DNA of 64,000 nucleotides from Candidatus Thorarchaeota archaeon. GTDB lineage: Archaea; Asgardarchaeota; Thorarchaeia; Thorarchaeales; Thorarchaeaceae. The first letter of the stretch is position 1; the number at the start of each line of letters is the position of its first letter. A program made the position numbers and the translations under genes. Location of the stretch: positions 1 through 64,000 of the forward strand of contig JAWAQK010000005.1 of the NCBI GenBank assembly GCA_038893995.1, given 5' to 3'. Under the pieces are notes generated by a model. That model was not told where the DNA came from, ran no database searches, and saw only the letters and a program-made list of their open reading frames with translations. Positions 60,543 through 64,000 of the stretch are shown here, one piece after another.

Positions 60543-60850
60543 TCAGCTTCTCCCTCCTTCTTCTTCGGCTCGTGTCGCCTCAGGATGTGCGCTTGTTCAA
60601 TCTTCTTTACTGCTTCCGGAGTGAAGTACAGGCGTGCAGATCCCGTAGTTCTGCCGATACCAAACATTGTACGCATCTCAGTGATGACAAGACAGGAGGG
60701 ATCGGCGTTAAGAAGACCTACCAACTTGGACTTTACGTCCGCTCGACTTGGAGTCTTTTGACCCGCATGTTCTATCTTGAACTCCAGCTCCCGTCTGTTG
60801 AGTGGCGAGTTCAAACGTTCACGAACTATCTCTATCTCCAATGCGGTCAA
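60539..60850 (-). CDS. rps24e: Ribosomal protein eS24
   Basis: NSPLNRRE, TPSR, FG...G.ARLY. Confidence 0.95.
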   Translation of the reverse strand: MTALEIEIVRERLNSPLNRRELEFKIEHAGQKTPSRADVKSKLVGLLNADPSCLVITEMRTMFGIGRTTGSARLYFTPEAVKKIEQAHILRRHEPKKKEGEAE

Positions 60851-60927
60851 TTCTCCCTTTCAATATTCGACAGCGGCGCACGCCCTTCTAGGGTATACTA
60901 ATAAAGGTTTCACCCTCCACCACAGTG

Positions 60928-61140
60928 TCAGCGAACTTTTAGTGCATACTTGCCCGGACGATCAATGTTCAGGCGTTCTGCGATGTATGAAGTCTTTCTC
61001 GGATCCTCGTGAGGGTCACGGCCTGGAAGTATCACTACGATTCCAGTATACGACGAGGAGAGATTAGTGCTCCTGCAGTTGGGACACACATTCTCAACTG
61101 TGAGATAGTGACATTGTCTGCAAGCTCGTAACTTGGTCAT
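60928..61140 (-). CDS. spt4: Transcription elongation factor Spt4 (RpoE'')
   Basis: ACRQC...CPNC, PGKYALKVR. Confidence 0.95.
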   Translation of the reverse strand: MTKLRACRQCHYLTVENVCPNCRSTNLSSSYTGIVVILPGRDPHEDPRKTSYIAERLNIDRPGKYALKVR

Positions 61141-61160
61141 GCGGACTGCCTCCGTCTTCT

Positions 61161-61742
61161 CTATTTCTTCACTTCACCGCGAGATACTTTCAAGTCCTCC
61201 TCTATCCATGAAGTGTCAGGACCGATCTTCCCGAGAAATGGTTGTCGCATCGTCAGTCCTAACTTCCCAGACCTGTTGCCCGACTCAAAGCTGATGGATG
61301 TTACTCTGGCCCTCACTTGGTCTCCTTCACGCAGCGTCCGCCCTGTTGTCTTTCCCATGAGTGCATTGGTCTTGGGGTCCTGTGAGATGTAGTCATCGCA
61401 TATCTGACTCACGTGACATAGTCCGTCCAGCGGGCCCATCCTGATGAAGGCTCCGAAGTCCATAATCTCAACAACGTTGCCCTCAATGATCTCCCCCCTG
61501 AGAGGTTTGAAGGTCAAGACCCTGTACGTGACTGTGTGATATGTTGCACCATCTCCAGGCACCAGACGTCCAGGTCCAATGCTCACTATCTCTATCACTG
61601 CGATCATCAGGCCAATATCTCTGTCCAGGACATTCTCGTGGTTTTTTCTCAAGTATGTCATTGCGGCCTCCTCGATGGGCTGGCCGAACTGTGACGGGGG
61701 TATTCTCACGACATCTTTGACAGTGACGATAGAGTAGATCAT
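61161..61742 (-). CDS. rpoE1: RNA polymerase subunit Rpo7 (E')
   Basis: VRIPP, PGDGA, FGAF...GPLDGL.H, LTMRQPFLGK. Confidence 0.96.
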   Translation of the reverse strand: MIYSIVTVKDVVRIPPSQFGQPIEEAAMTYLRKNHENVLDRDIGLMIAVIEIVSIGPGRLVPGDGATYHTVTYRVLTFKPLRGEIIEGNVVEIMDFGAFIRMGPLDGLCHVSQICDDYISQDPKTNALMGKTTGRTLREGDQVRARVTSISFESGNRSGKLGLTMRQPFLGKIGPDTSWIEEDLKVSRGEVKK

Positions 61743-61888
61743 CGGTACCTCCTAAGAGTCCTCGGCGCCATTCCTCAGCCATGACACAATCAAAGAACGA
61801 TCAGACCCTACTTTAGAGGCAAGGAGTCTTCACCCGACGGCTCGTCGGTGCCTGAATCCAGGTCGAATAAAAAGATTGTGACACGGTC

Positions 61889-62296
61889 TTACGGCACCGC
61901 ACCTATGACGATCACCTTTTTCCCTTCGCGGAGTGTGATCACCGTCAGTCCCAGGTCTCGTGAGCGTCTTCTCAGCTCTCTGTCATTTGTAGCAATCACA
62001 TATCCTTTGACCTTAGCATACTCCAGCAGTTGTTCGTCCACTGACATGTTCTCCATGTGGTCCGGGACTGTCTCCCTGTCGCATCTACCCGCCAGACTCA
62101 TGGCATGCCTAAAGTGTCGAGCTGTACCTCTGTGCTTCTCATCTTCTGCCCTTGTCTCCAGTTCATGTAGCACCGAGTCAATAACCACGAATCTGACAGG
62201 GAGCTCTATGGTCCGCTCTATCTCAGAAAAGATATCGATGCGAAGAGTGCTAGGAACGAGAAGAAAGTTCGAGTCTAGAAGCACAGTCACCCGCAT
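61889..62296 (-). CDS. PIN-domain protein (Fcf1/Utp24-like)
   Basis: LDSNFL, EL, VDE, ATND. Confidence 0.9.
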   Translation of the reverse strand: MRVTVLLDSNFLLVPSTLRIDIFSEIERTIELPVRFVVIDSVLHELETRAEDEKHRGTARHFRHAMSLAGRCDRETVPDHMENMSVDEQLLEYAKVKGYVIATNDRELRRRSRDLGLTVITLREGKKVIVIGAVP

Positions 62297-62321
62297 GTGG
62301 CTACACATCCGTGGTGTGAGC

Positions 62322-63563
62322 TCATATTACTGCATGACCGATGAGCCTCCACTTGTTGTCCAGTCGCCGTCCAATGGCCACTCTCTGGCCATCCTCGACG
62401 CAGACCGGTCTCTTCAGAGTCACCTCAATCTCTTCGCCATGGAGCTTCGTGATGACCCCAACTGTGGCTGCTGTTCCAACAACGATCATGAGTTGCTCGT
62501 TCAGCTTCAGATTCTCAACCTCCTGTTGTGCCTCTGTACCAACTACCCGCTTCATCAATACCGGCTGAATCATGAGTTTGCTTACAGTCTTTGGCATCTT
62601 TCCCGGTCTGCCCACCACATTTCCAATCAACCTGTCAGCGCGGGTGATTGCAGGATCCAGATATGTTCCAATGCCAATGAGGCCTCCCGGATACGCTGTC
62701 TGAAGCATATTCCCGCTGCCTGACATGAGGCTGGCAATCTTCGCACGTAGGGGCTTGAATCCCTTATCAGTGCTCACACCAGGTGAGATCTCTATCTCAT
62801 CACCCACCTTCAACTTGCCTCTGACTATCGAGCCTCCTATTACTCCCCCCTGGAGATTCTCAGGTCTAGTACCGGGCTTGTTCACATCGAACGATCTCGC
62901 AACATACATCTTTGGAGGTGCTTCATCATCACGATCTGGCGTGGGCATCACTTTCTCTATTGTCTGTACCAGGAGGTCTATGTTGGCTCCAAAGACAGCA
63001 GAAACGGGAATTACAGGCGCGTTTTCAGCGATGGTGCCACGCACAAAGTCCTTTATCTGTCGGTAGTGGGCCTTTGCCTGCTCTGGTGTCACGAGTTCTA
63101 TCTTGTTCTGGACGATGATCAGGTTCTTCACACCTACTATCTCGAGTGCTCGAAGATGCTCGGATGTCTGAGGCATCGGACAGCGCTCATTGGCCGCTAT
63201 CACAAGAATCGCGCCGTCCATTATGCTTGCCCCGCTGAGGCAGGTAGCCATCAATGACTCATGACCCGGGCTGTCAACGAAGGAAACCTCCCGCAGGACT
63301 TCCAATCGACCGCCACATCTGGGACACTTGTCACCATTAGCAAGGTACTTTGTTGTATAGGCCTCTGGCTCAGGACAGTTGACACACTTCAAAAGGGTGG
63401 TGGCTGCATATCCCAGCTTGATTGAGATACCCCTCCGTATCTCGTCAGAGTACCTATCCGTCCATTCTCCGGTGATCTTCTGCACAAGGGTTGTCTTACC
63501 ATGGTCGACGTGACCAAGAGTACCTATGCTAATCTCAGACTGACCTTCATACTTTCTAGTCAA
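62322..63563 (-). CDS. eif2g: Translation initiation factor 2 gamma
   Basis: GHVDHGKT, RGISIKLGY, DSPGH, NKIE; TTG start inferred at 63563. Confidence 0.96.
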   Translation of the reverse strand: MTRKYEGQSEISIGTLGHVDHGKTTLVQKITGEWTDRYSDEIRRGISIKLGYAATTLLKCVNCPEPEAYTTKYLANGDKCPRCGGRLEVLREVSFVDSPGHESLMATCLSGASIMDGAILVIAANERCPMPQTSEHLRALEIVGVKNLIIVQNKIELVTPEQAKAHYRQIKDFVRGTIAENAPVIPVSAVFGANIDLLVQTIEKVMPTPDRDDEAPPKMYVARSFDVNKPGTRPENLQGGVIGGSIVRGKLKVGDEIEISPGVSTDKGFKPLRAKIASLMSGSGNMLQTAYPGGLIGIGTYLDPAITRADRLIGNVVGRPGKMPKTVSKLMIQPVLMKRVVGTEAQQEVENLKLNEQLMIVVGTAATVGVITKLHGEEIEVTLKRPVCVEDGQRVAIGRRLDNKWRLIGHAVI

Positions 63564-63664
63564 TGATGGCTCACATCCGAAGACGCCTGACGCATAGCGC
63601 CTGTTGAGCGTTCTGCATAAGAAGTATGTGGTACACCGGAGGAGCTGATACAAATGGATGGTGC

Positions 63665-64000
63665 CTATGCAGCCTTTGATATTAGCTCGTCAAGAGGCAC
63701 ATTTCCCTTCTGTTCCACTCTGATATTCACCTGTGCGATGAACTGAGTGAGCTCACGTCCTCTCACAGTCTTTCGACGCGCACCGCCCTTCTCCACCTTT
63801 CTCAGTCCAGGCGGGCCACGTATAAGGACTCTCTTCTTACCTCCGCCGTGTACGTCGGGACGAATCGGAAATCCCGACTTATCAGTGCCACCGGTGATCT
63901 TCAACTTATATCCCGGTAAGCCAACCAGGTCCCCCTCAAATACATCTCCCACGCTCTTACCTATCAGAGCATTGGTCTTGGCCTCATCCAGCTCATACTG
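63665..64000 (-). CDS. rps6e: Ribosomal protein eS6 (5' end outside window)
   Basis: LIGKSVGD...ITGGTDKSGFP...RKTVRG. Confidence 0.96.
   Translation of the reverse strand, partial: QYELDEAKTNALIGKSVGDVFEGDLVGLPGYKLKITGGTDKSGFPIRPDVHGGGKKRVLIRGPPGLRKVEKGGARRKTVRGRELTQFIAQVNIRVEQKGNVPLDELISKAA

Noticed and set aside
61770-61835. C/D-box-like motifs upstream of rpoE1
   Set aside because: Boxes are degenerate and guide spacings (22 and 8 nt) do not fit archaeal C/D sRNAs.
1-64000. CRISPR arrays, IS elements, integrases or att-type tRNA duplications
   Set aside because: No spaced direct repeats, transposase or integrase motifs, or duplicated tRNA 3' ends were seen by eye.

Overview
Gene-dense archaeal core-genome segment with no rRNA, CRISPR or mobile element. 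The gene set suggests an Asgard archaeon, possibly Thorarchaeia (inference from a tandem Roadblock protein, RPA14-like OB protein, Mch/MvhD and intron-rich tRNAs). It carries information-processing clusters (eL15-COG1325-rpp30-pop5; tfs-rpa3-pcna-priS-gins; METTL5-csl4-rpoL; cdc6; eS6-eIF2gamma-PIN-rpoE1-spt4-eS24-eS31), pyrG-nurA-herA, an acetate module (acs, OFA-family MFS, acetyl-CoA hydrolase-GNAT fusion) and six tRNA genes, five with introns. Highlights missed or misread by the ORF track: an initiator tRNA-Met with three BHB introns, a two-intron tRNA-Ile, a 1088-aa TrmB-like protein whose linker is expanded into ~870 aa of hendecad helix, a stand-alone RPC34/TFE-beta Fe-S module, an eL15-leader-like RNA, inverted ORB-like boxes before cdc6, a probable ATA-initiated RPA14, a 46-aa Zn-ribbon microprotein, PriS with duplicated Zn ribbons and a degenerate Mch beside a ubiquitin-like gene.
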